A DNA stretch of 64,000 bases from Tangfeifania diversioriginum (GTDB lineage Bacteria > Bacteroidota > Bacteroidia > Bacteroidales > Prolixibacteraceae). This document shows, piece after piece, positions 25,390-33,563 of this stretch. The position numbers were made by a program, and so were the translations under genes. The notes under the pieces were generated by a model. It worked only from the letters and a program-made list of their open reading frames with translations. It had not been told where the DNA came from and did no database searches. The stretch's first letter is position 1. Each line of letters starts with the position of its first letter. The DNA lies in assembly GCA_945873105.1 (NCBI GenBank), contig CAMCBW010000029.1:9091-73090 (forward strand), in the 5' to 3' direction.

Positions 25390-25657
25390 GCTTAAAGAAT
25401 AGGCGTTTAAAGAGGAAATAGGAGAGCAGCACGCTTCCTGCAATCGAGAGCGACGCAATGGCAATGGCTTCCAAACCTATTTTACCAAGGTTCCGAATGA
25501 CCTCCTGGTTGGTCCCCACTGAAATCCCCAACAAAAAGAGCAGGAGATAAATGGCCCAGTTCAGCAAGTTGTTGTTGATGACATGGAGCCTTGGATAACT
25601 TATGATCAGCAGTCCCAGCACAATTCCGGCGGATAGTAACAGCAAGATGGTAATCAT
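25379..25657 (-). CDS. LysO-family (DUF340) membrane protein, small part
   Basis: 92 aa with 3 TM segments. It overlaps the downstream partner by 11 nt. Confidence 0.6.
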   Translation of the reverse strand: MITILLLLSAGIVLGLLIISYPRLHVINNNLLNWAIYLLLFLLGISVGTNQEVIRNLGKIGLEAIAIASLSIAGSVLLSYFLFKRLFFKHEK

Positions 25658-25672
25658 CTGTAAAGAGTCAGG

Positions 25673-26185
25673 TTATCTGAATTGGTATCGTATGGCAAAT
25701 CCAACACTTACGCCGCTTCCATGATTGTATATTCCCAATTCTGGTCGCACATCCACGGCGAACTGGATGCCTCCGGCAAGGCTGTACTCTATGCCTGCAT
25801 CCCCGGCTGCCACAACGAAGGGTCCGTTGTTGTACTTGGAGTCATATTTTTGGCTGGAGCTCCAGAATCCCAACCTTGCACCCGGACCTGCATACCAATT
25901 TAAATTTTCATCCAGACTCTTCAGGGTCCATACCCATTGGTAAAGTCCGGTCACTGCCCAGCTGTTGTAGTCCTGCCTTAAATTGCTGATGTATTCGTAA
26001 TTGCTGTTGTATCCCAAATCCAGTTCAATCCTTTTGTCGGGTGAGAGTATGTGTTGATAGGAGGCTTCTGTTCCCAGGCCGAATACCGTCCCATACCTTA
26101 GTCCGATCGAATTCTTAACCAGCTGCGCAGAGGCTGCCTCAGAGACCAGGAGGGCAGTTGCCAAAATGAGTATTGCTTTTTTCAT
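25673..26185 (-). CDS. Small outer-membrane beta-barrel protein (paralog 1)
   Basis: Signal peptide MKKAILILATALLVSEAASAQ, alternating beta-strand pattern and a C-terminal aromatic end (AIRYQFR). It is similar to the adjacent ORF. Confidence 0.65.
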   Translation of the reverse strand: MKKAILILATALLVSEAASAQLVKNSIGLRYGTVFGLGTEASYQHILSPDKRIELDLGYNSNYEYISNLRQDYNSWAVTGLYQWVWTLKSLDENLNWYAGPGARLGFWSSSQKYDSKYNNGPFVVAAGDAGIEYSLAGGIQFAVDVRPELGIYNHGSGVSVGFAIRYQFR

Positions 26186-26233
26186 AGGACAAATGTTGTC
26201 AATTTTTATCACAATCCAATTGAACCCAATATT

Positions 26234-26737
26234 TTAACGGAATCTATAGCGCACCGCCAATCCGACATTGATGTTGGTCCCATGGTTGATCAATCCAAAT
26301 TCAGGACGGGCATTCAAGGCTACCTGAATCCCTACCGGGAAGGTGTAGTCAACACCAATGTCGCCGGCCGCAACCAGGAAGAAACCATTTTGGTAGTTGT
26401 GCACGAATCCCTGTTCATGGTACAATGAACCAATTTTGCCACCGGGGCCAATGTACCAATTGAGCTCATTTTCAATCTTGAATACCCAATGGTAGAGTCC
26501 GGTTAGTCCCCAGCTGGAGTAGTTAAACGTTCCATTGGGCTGGTTTTCATGGTGGCTGTTCATCCCAAGATCGATCTCCAGTCGGTTGACAGCCGATAGA
26601 CCATGCTGATAGGAAACTTCAGTGCCAAACCCATCGCCCGATCCGAAACGAAGCCCCAGCACATGTTGGGCAATCTGTGCAGATGAGGAAACTGAAAGGG
26701 TGAGTGTCAACAGGAGGAACAGAATATTTTTTTTCAT
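26234..26737 (-). CDS. Small outer-membrane beta-barrel protein (paralog 2)
   Basis: Signal peptide MKKNILFLLLTLTLSVSSSAQ. Blocks shared with 25673..26185 include GLRFG/GLRYG, SYQH, E(I/L)DLG, LTGLY(H/Q)WV, NWY.GPG and VAAGD.G..Y. The C-terminus is AVRYRFR. Confidence 0.65.
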   Translation of the reverse strand: MKKNILFLLLTLTLSVSSSAQIAQHVLGLRFGSGDGFGTEVSYQHGLSAVNRLEIDLGMNSHHENQPNGTFNYSSWGLTGLYHWVFKIENELNWYIGPGGKIGSLYHEQGFVHNYQNGFFLVAAGDIGVDYTFPVGIQVALNARPEFGLINHGTNINVGLAVRYRFR

Positions 26738-26850
26738 TTTGTCATGTAAAGTATTTCATTGAATGAGTTGAAGCAATTTAAAATTTGCCGACTCTTTTAA
26801 TTGCCAATCTGTCTGGTAAGACGGATCAAATGGCAAGGAGCATGAGCAAA

Positions 26851-28329
26851 TTAAAATTCCCTGGCAATCTTCCTGAATTTTTCAAATTCAACCTCCCATA
26901 AGGCTGTCTCCTCGGGTAGGAAGGTCTTGGTTTCAAAGGAGTTTCCTACCATCTTCCGGATCTCCGCCAGACTTGCCAAACTATTCAACGCTTTTGCCTG
27001 GACCAGAATATTCCCAATGGCAGTTGCTTCTGTTGGTCCTGCCTTGACCGGTATTCCAAGTGCATTGGCACTGTATTGGCAAAGCAATTCATTGTTAGCA
27101 CCCCCTCCGATGATGTGTACCATATCGATGGGGTAGGAGATGACCGAACGGATCGAGTCAAGGGTAAACCGGTACTTCATGGCAAGACTCTCGAAGATAC
27201 AACGAATAAATTCTCCATGGGATTCTGGTGGGGTCTGGCCGGTTTTGATACAGAAGTCGATGATGGCCTGAGGCATATCTGCAGGATTCAGAAACGAGGG
27301 ATCGTCAGGATCAATCAGGCATTTAAAGGGTTGGGCAACCTTGCTTAATTCAACCATTTCACTCCAGGAGTAGTTGATTTTGGCGGACCAAACCCTTCTG
27401 CACTCCTGAAGCAACCACATTCCCATGATGTTTTTAAGGAACCGGGTAGTACCCTCCACTCCACCTTCATTGGTGAAGTTTAGGTTTAATATTTCCTTGG
27501 ATATCAGTGGTTGCTCTGATTCAATTCCCATTAGTGACCAGGTGCCAGAACTGATGTAGGCCCAATTTCTGCCACTGGCAGGAACAGAGACAATTGCGGA
27601 GGCGGTATCGTGGGAGGCAACCGCAATGACGGGGATTGCCCTGCTGCCGGTCTCTTTTTGCACCTCAGGTTTGATATTGCCCAGGATGGTGCCGGGCAAA
27701 ACCAGCTCCTGCATGATGGATGGATCGACACCAATTGCTTCAAAAAGGCTTGTTTCATAGGTAAGATGACCAGGCTTCAGCAATTGTGAGGTTGAAGCGA
27801 TGGAGAACTCATTCTTTTTGATCCCACAAAAGAGGTAGGAGAGGGCATCCGGCATGAAGAGCAAATCTTTTCCGTCCAGGTATTGGGCTTCTTTGGTTTG
27901 CTGGTGAACGAAAAGCTGGAAAAGGGAGTTGAACTGCATCAGCTGAATACCGGTCTTTAGGTAAAGTTGCTCTTTCGGCATGATTTTGTAAAAATCTTCC
28001 ATGGCATGATCGGTACGATGGTCACGGTAGGCAAAGGGAAGGGAAGCTATCATGCCATCCTTGTCCAAAAAGGCAAAATCCACCCCCCAGGTATCTACCG
28101 CGATGGAATCCGGTTGAATGCCAAAATCACGGATGCATTTTTTGAGGCCGGTTTTCAGTTCATCGAAGAGGGAGAAGATATTCCAATAAAAGTGATGGTC
28201 GATTTCTACCATTCGGTTTTCAAAACGGTGAACCTCCGTCAATTTCAACTGCTGGTTGGCTATGGTGCCCAATATGGCTCTTCCGGAGGATGCTCCCAGG
28301 TCGAAAGCCAAAAAATTGTTGTTGTTCAT
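26851..28329 (-). CDS. FGGY-family carbohydrate kinase, rhamnulokinase-like
   Basis: 492 aa from Met 28329. N-terminal phosphate-1 motif (FLAFDLGASSGRAILG), FGGY_N/FGGY_C layout and GGGANNELL near the C-terminus. Confidence 0.72.
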   Translation of the reverse strand: MNNNNFLAFDLGASSGRAILGTIANQQLKLTEVHRFENRMVEIDHHFYWNIFSLFDELKTGLKKCIRDFGIQPDSIAVDTWGVDFAFLDKDGMIASLPFAYRDHRTDHAMEDFYKIMPKEQLYLKTGIQLMQFNSLFQLFVHQQTKEAQYLDGKDLLFMPDALSYLFCGIKKNEFSIASTSQLLKPGHLTYETSLFEAIGVDPSIMQELVLPGTILGNIKPEVQKETGSRAIPVIAVASHDTASAIVSVPASGRNWAYISSGTWSLMGIESEQPLISKEILNLNFTNEGGVEGTTRFLKNIMGMWLLQECRRVWSAKINYSWSEMVELSKVAQPFKCLIDPDDPSFLNPADMPQAIIDFCIKTGQTPPESHGEFIRCIFESLAMKYRFTLDSIRSVISYPIDMVHIIGGGANNELLCQYSANALGIPVKAGPTEATAIGNILVQAKALNSLASLAEIRKMVGNSFETKTFLPEETALWEVEFEKFRKIAREF

Positions 28330-28352
28330 GCTCCTTTTTATTTCACGCAATA

Positions 28353-29309
28353 TTATAAAATTTTCCACACAGCGAGCCAAAATGGGATGGCAATCAGGCA
28401 AAAAGTATAGGATATCAGCATCAGGCTTCCGGTCTGCTGAACTTCTCCTCCCCAGTTTTTGATCTGAATCATGATTGCGATGGCAGGTGGCAAAGTTGCT
28501 TGAATCAAGATGACATCGCTCAGAAGTGGCTGGGTTGCCTTTAGATTGAAATATAGCATCAGCAGAAGCGTGATCAACGGAATAATGAAAAACTTGATGC
28601 TGATGACTTTGAGTACATCCAACACCGGAGGCCAGATGCGAAGAGAGATACCCCCCAAAACAGCCCCCAATATAAAATTTGCCATTGGAACAGTTGCCGA
28701 ACCTGTGAGATCAATTACCTCCACAATGGATGGTGGAATGAACCGTTGTAAACCTGACAAGACCAATGTGATGGCAATCAAAAGTGCCACCAGGGGAGGA
28801 GTCACCAACTGTCTCCACGAGAACTTCTGGTTTGGATCAGCGGTATTCAAAAATTTGCCAATGCTCCAAAGAATGGGATTCAGGCCAATAATGATCAGAA
28901 AACAGTACAAGGCATACAAGTCGAATTGATCGGGATAGATGGCTTGTCCAAGCGGCAGCGCAAGGTATCCTGCATTCTGCATGGAGGAAATGGGGATCAT
29001 GTTTCGTTTGGCCTTGAGGTTATTGGCATAAAAAAGCAGGGCAAAAAGTACTCCAATCAATATCAGCCCAATGCCTATTAACGGCAATACCCACCACATC
29101 GGAAACTCTCCAGGCTTCAGCGTCAGAATTATCTTCGAGAAAATCATGGCCGGTAAAAGCACCTTAATCATCAGGGAGGAGAAACTACTTACATCCCCGG
29201 AGGAAAAAACTTTTCTTCTAAAAAACCAGGCCCCAACCAACGCAATTAGGAATATTCTAAAAAGAGCACCAGCTATATTCAGAAGTGTAGCGAAAAAAAT
29301 TTCGTTCAT
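28353..29309 (-). CDS. AEC (auxin efflux carrier) family transporter
   Basis: About 318 aa from Met 29309 (MNEIFFATLLNIAGALFRIF) with about 10 TM segments. Its ATG overlaps the TGA of the upstream YeeE gene (ATGA). Confidence 0.65.
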   Translation of the reverse strand: MNEIFFATLLNIAGALFRIFLIALVGAWFFRRKVFSSGDVSSFSSLMIKVLLPAMIFSKIILTLKPGEFPMWWVLPLIGIGLILIGVLFALLFYANNLKAKRNMIPISSMQNAGYLALPLGQAIYPDQFDLYALYCFLIIIGLNPILWSIGKFLNTADPNQKFSWRQLVTPPLVALLIAITLVLSGLQRFIPPSIVEVIDLTGSATVPMANFILGAVLGGISLRIWPPVLDVLKVISIKFFIIPLITLLLMLYFNLKATQPLLSDVILIQATLPPAIAIMIQIKNWGGEVQQTGSLMLISYTFCLIAIPFWLAVWKIL

Positions 29310-30304
29310 TTTTTCGGATAGAAATACTTGCCTGTCAGCAACAAACCAGCGAAGACGAACAGTGCAAAGATCAGGCTGCTGGCAGCCAATTGCATGCCAC
29401 CGGATATTACATGTCCTGAAGTACAGCCACCCGCCATACGTGCTCCGAAGATCAGGATAAACCCGCCGGTGAAGGCCCAAAAAACCCTTTTCCCATAATT
29501 GTTGCCTTTGTATCGTTTCCAATTGTCATGTACCATCCTGATTTTAAATTCCTTTCTCAGCAGTGAGACGATTAGGCCGGAAATCAGACCTCCAGCCAAG
29601 AATGGCACTTCCCAACTTCCTGATTTTGTTATTTGCTTGAAATAGGCGTTGTCAATGACTCCAAAAATGGTGTCTGCTACGTATGGGAAGAAGGTGGATG
29701 CACCAATGGGCCGGTCAGCAAAATAGAAGACAAAGGTGTTCAGTACGGCAATCCCAATCCCAGCAATGATCCAGCTTTTATCCTTGCTTTTTTCAAAACG
29801 GTGAACCACAAATGCCAGTGCAATAAAGATGAGTCCGGTAGGAACCATCAGGGAGTAAAACAGGAAGGGGTTGGCACCAAATGCCGTATACAAAGAGTAA
29901 CTGCCAACATTAGGACCCAATAGACCGGAGATGGAAGGTAAGACAAGGGTGTAGACCAATCCGCCGGCCAAACCTCCCAGTATGCCAACCAGTGCATCCA
30001 GCGAACCTTCCCCTGCAGATACCATCACAGTGCCGGGACAGTAACCAAGAATGGCCATTCCGGATCCAAAAATCAAACCTCCAAGGATTATACCGCCCAA
30101 AAGCAGAGGTTTGATATGATAGGTGGCGAATCCCAGCCCGATTTCCAAATTCAAAAGGATCACGCCGGTTCCGATGGCAAGGGCAATGGCCTTTGCAACC
30201 TTAAAGTTTTCGAGCGTAGCCATTCCGCTGATGGTATCAAACCGGTTTAACCTGGCACTTTGGAGCAGGATGCCAAAGAGGAATCCAAAGATGAGTGAGC
30301 TCAT
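29306..30304 (-). CDS. YeeE/YedE-family sulfur-compound transporter-like membrane protein
   Basis: 332 aa and polytopic, with the two conserved Cys loops GYCPGT and GGCTSGH typical of YeeE/YedE. Confidence 0.72.
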   Translation of the reverse strand: MSSLIFGFLFGILLQSARLNRFDTISGMATLENFKVAKAIALAIGTGVILLNLEIGLGFATYHIKPLLLGGIILGGLIFGSGMAILGYCPGTVMVSAGEGSLDALVGILGGLAGGLVYTLVLPSISGLLGPNVGSYSLYTAFGANPFLFYSLMVPTGLIFIALAFVVHRFEKSKDKSWIIAGIGIAVLNTFVFYFADRPIGASTFFPYVADTIFGVIDNAYFKQITKSGSWEVPFLAGGLISGLIVSLLRKEFKIRMVHDNWKRYKGNNYGKRVFWAFTGGFILIFGARMAGGCTSGHVISGGMQLAASSLIFALFVFAGLLLTGKYFYPKK

Positions 30305-30367
30305 GTTTATTCTGTTTTAAGTGAACTGGAATATCTTTCAAAGATAGAAAATCGGGCCAATTTTAAT

Positions 30368-30375
30368 TAGATTTG
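30368..30375 (+). promoter_or_regulatory. Bacteroidota-type -7 promoter box TAGATTTG
   Basis: Matches TAnnTTTG, 23 nt upstream of the esterase ATG. Confidence 0.45.
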
Positions 30376-30397
30376 TTGGGGTGTTATCCAATTAACC

Positions 30398-31282
30398 ATG
30401 AAATTTCGTATGAAGACTTTCCTATCGCTCGCTCTCCTTCTAATGTTGTCTTTTGCCCTTTGTGCTCAAAATGGCAAAGTCATTGAATCATTGGTTTTTA
30501 CCGCCAAGTCAGGTTCTCAAATGAAATATTCGGTCTACTTACCGGGGGATTATGCTTTTTCCCAGCGAAGCTATCCCGTTGTCTATTTGCTGCATGGTTA
30601 TTCGGATGACGAAACCGGGTGGATTCAGTTTGGGGAGGCTAACAGCATCGCAGACAAGGGTATCTCAGAAGGCAAGATACCTCCCTGCATTCTGGTTATT
30701 CCGGATGGGAAGGTAACATGGTATTGCAACAGTTTCGATGGTAAGATAAGCTGGGAAGATGTTTTCATCCAGGAATTCATGCCATGGATTGAGAAGGAAT
30801 ACAGAATCAGACAAAAGAAGGAGTTCAGGGCCATCGCAGGACTCTCCATGGGTGGTTATGGCGCACTGAAACTCACCATGAGGCACACAGATCTTTTTTC
30901 GACCTGCATCGCCCTAAGCTCAGGCACATTTACCAACGAAGAGATCCTAAAAATGGCTGATGCAGATTACAATCGTTATTTCTCCGGGTTATTTGGTAAG
31001 AGTTTGCATGGAGAAGCACGTTTGAGCGAGGCCTGGAAAGCCAATAATCCGCTGGACCTGATCCATACTGTACCCATCGAAAAGCTAAAATCGGTCCGAT
31101 TCTGGATCGATTGCGGGGATGATGATTTTCTTTGCAACGGCAACTCACAACTTCATGTTGATATGAAGAAACTGGGCATTCCGCATGAATACCGTGTCAG
31201 GGATGGAAGCCATTCCTGGAGTTACTGGCGAAGTGGATTGGCTACCGGATTGGAGTACATCGGAGAGAAGTTCCACCGCTAA
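30398..31282 (+). CDS. Secreted esterase-family alpha/beta hydrolase (putative esterase / esterase D type)
   Basis: Signal peptide, YPVVYLLHG, nucleophile elbow GLSMGG, and C-terminal DCGDDD and GSHSW blocks. Confidence 0.8.
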   Translation: MKFRMKTFLSLALLLMLSFALCAQNGKVIESLVFTAKSGSQMKYSVYLPGDYAFSQRSYPVVYLLHGYSDDETGWIQFGEANSIADKGISEGKIPPCILVIPDGKVTWYCNSFDGKISWEDVFIQEFMPWIEKEYRIRQKKEFRAIAGLSMGGYGALKLTMRHTDLFSTCIALSSGTFTNEEILKMADADYNRYFSGLFGKSLHGEARLSEAWKANNPLDLIHTVPIEKLKSVRFWIDCGDDDFLCNGNSQLHVDMKKLGIPHEYRVRDGSHSWSYWRSGLATGLEYIGEKFHR

Positions 31283-31284
31283 AT

Positions 31285-31393
31285 ATTTTGGATTTTGGAT
31301 TTTGGATTTTGGATTGCGCTACGAGCACAATTTTCTTTGAATAATGGGCATATGTTGATGGCCCGTATTCCAAAATCGAAATTCCAAAATCGA
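31285..31393. repeat. Inverted tandem-word arms between convergent genes: (GGATTTT)x4 ... (TTCCAAAATCGAAA)x2
   Basis: The left arm 31285-31315 starts 3 nt after the esterase stop. The right arm 31367-31393 ends 4 nt before the ygiQ stop. The arms are partly complementary (ATTTTGGA / TCCAAAAT). Confidence 0.88.
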
Positions 31394-31396
31394 TAA

Positions 31397-33232
31397 TTAC
31401 TTGTTGAACAGTATCTTCTCCAGATCTGGTCGCTTGATCATGCGCAGTTCTGCGATCAGCTCCTTCCTGAATTCACTTTTGTACCAGAAGAAAAACTTTC
31501 GCTGGGCTTGTTTTTGAGCGGCTGTTTTGGCAGTATATACTTTTTCGAGTGTATACGGGTGATATCCTGAATAATAGATGGCTGTAGCCAGGGTCATGGG
31601 AGTGGGCGTGAAATCCTGGACTTGCTCCAGTTTAAAGTTAAGCGCCTTCGTCTTGGCGGCAAGGTCGGCCATGGATTCCACCGTACTACCCGGATGGCTG
31701 CTGATGAAGTAGGGAATCAGCTGTTGCTTTAGTCCATATTTCTCATTGGCATTGTCAAAGAACTTCTTGAGTTGGGCAAATTGTGAGAAGGAGGGCTTTC
31801 GCATGATCTCCAGCACATCATCAGAGGTATGCTCAGGGGCTACCTTTAATCGGCCGGAGACATGTTTGCCGATTACCTGGTCGAGGTAATCCAGATTTCC
31901 CTTGTTGACTGTATCATCTGCCACCCGGTTGAAAATGATGTCATAACGTATGCCACTTCCGATGAATGCCTTCTTAACCCCCTTTAGTCCTGCGATTTGG
32001 TTATAAAGGTTGGTCATGGGACGATGGTCGGTATTCAGGTTCTTACAGACGGAAGGGAAGATGCAGGAGGGTCTTTTGCAGGATTGGCAAATGGAGAGAT
32101 GGATTCCCTCCATCTTATACATGTTGGCCGACGGACCGCCAATATCCGAAATGTATCCCTTGAAATCAGGCATCTCGGTAACTTTTTCTGCCTCCTTGAG
32201 AACGGAAGCTTCCGATCTGGAGGCAATAAATTTTCCCTGGTGGGCAGAGATGGTACAAAAACCGCAGCCACCAAAACAACCCCTGTGGATGTTGATGGAG
32301 TGCCGGATCATTTCATAGGCGGGAATGGTCCCCTTGCCATGGTATCTTGGATGCGGCAGCCTGGTAAAAGGCAAATCGCTGTAATGGTCTACATCTTCCA
32401 CCGAAAGTGGAGGCCAGGCCGGATTGATGACCACTTTTTGATCCCCGTGCGACTGAAGGAGCCTGATCTCTGGCTCCATTTTGTTGGACTCCTCTTCGAT
32501 AATCTTGAAATTGCGGGCATAGTTGATCTTTTCTTCCCGGCACTGCTCCAGACTGAAAAGTTCGTGGTCTTTCCAGAAGGAATAGGCGGGAATGGTTCGG
32601 TCCTTCTGAACCCGATAGGCAGTCTGGGGAATGTCTGTCATCTCCTGGATCTGAGCTCCGTTTTTAAGCTGGTCAATCATGGAGATCAGGGATTTTTCTC
32701 CCATGCCATAAAATAGCAGATCTGCCTGGCTTTCAATAAGTATACTGGGTTTTAACTGGTCAGACCAATAGTCGTAATGGGTTACCCTTCTGAGTGAGGC
32801 CTCAATACCGCCGATGATCACAGGCACGTCCGGATATAACTTTTTGATGATGTTGGAATAGACAATGGTGGCATAATCCGGACGCGCACCGGCTCTGTCA
32901 CCGGGAGTGTAGGCATCGTTGGACCGTTTTCGCTTGTTCGCGGTATAATGGTTGACCATCGAGTCCATACAGCCCGCTGTAATGGCGAAAAAGAGCCTTG
33001 GCTTCCCCATCTTTTTAAAATCACGCAGATCATCCTGCCAGTTGGGTTGAGGCACGATTGCCACCTTTAACCCTTCACGTTCCAGAATCCTGCCAATCAC
33101 GGCTGCCCCAAAAGAGGGATGGTCTACATAGGCATCCCCGGAGAAGAGTACCACATCGACCTCTTCCCAGCCAAGTGCCCGAACCTCCTTGATGGTGGTG
33201 GGAAGCCAACTGTTCAAATGAAATTCATTCAA
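31397..33232 (-). CDS. ygiQ: YgiQ-family radical SAM protein
   Basis: 611 aa with the radical-SAM cluster motif CFGGCGFC (CxxxCxxC) and the conserved N-terminal B12-like/UPF0313 region (WEEVDVVLFSGDAYVDHPSFG). Confidence 0.88.
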   Translation of the reverse strand: MNEFHLNSWLPTTIKEVRALGWEEVDVVLFSGDAYVDHPSFGAAVIGRILEREGLKVAIVPQPNWQDDLRDFKKMGKPRLFFAITAGCMDSMVNHYTANKRKRSNDAYTPGDRAGARPDYATIVYSNIIKKLYPDVPVIIGGIEASLRRVTHYDYWSDQLKPSILIESQADLLFYGMGEKSLISMIDQLKNGAQIQEMTDIPQTAYRVQKDRTIPAYSFWKDHELFSLEQCREEKINYARNFKIIEEESNKMEPEIRLLQSHGDQKVVINPAWPPLSVEDVDHYSDLPFTRLPHPRYHGKGTIPAYEMIRHSINIHRGCFGGCGFCTISAHQGKFIASRSEASVLKEAEKVTEMPDFKGYISDIGGPSANMYKMEGIHLSICQSCKRPSCIFPSVCKNLNTDHRPMTNLYNQIAGLKGVKKAFIGSGIRYDIIFNRVADDTVNKGNLDYLDQVIGKHVSGRLKVAPEHTSDDVLEIMRKPSFSQFAQLKKFFDNANEKYGLKQQLIPYFISSHPGSTVESMADLAAKTKALNFKLEQVQDFTPTPMTLATAIYYSGYHPYTLEKVYTAKTAAQKQAQRKFFFWYKSEFRKELIAELRMIKRPDLEKILFNK

Positions 33233-33563
33233 GATAAAATCTGTTTTAAGTAAAATTACTTCATTTTGTAGTTATACGGTATTTTTGGCGATTGGTATTT
33301 AAAAATTAAACAATGGGAGCAAATAGGATATATATGCTTGAAATATAATGTTATAATCTAATTTTTCAATCGGAAATCCTTGGCTGTTTTCAGTTAATTG
33401 TAAACTTTAAGCAGTTTGTAACCTTCATCAGCACCTTTTATACGGCTAATTATTTAAATTTGGGATGAAAGGGAGCAATTTTGTGCCAGTACTGCTGGCT
33501 TGAAAAAAATGGTTGACAATTGTTTTCCCGCCCATCATAAATTGTGTTTCAATAAATTCTGAT

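Noticed and set aside
28353-29522. N-terminal extensions of several ORF-track entries: AEC transporter to 29522, kinase to 28401, lysO to 25464, sigma factor to 13742, esterase to 8383, and the last ORF to 63950.
   Set aside because: The extensions overlap upstream genes or encode non-protein-like sequence. Internal Met codons placed just before signal peptides or conserved N-terminal motifs give standard lengths and tight operon spacing.
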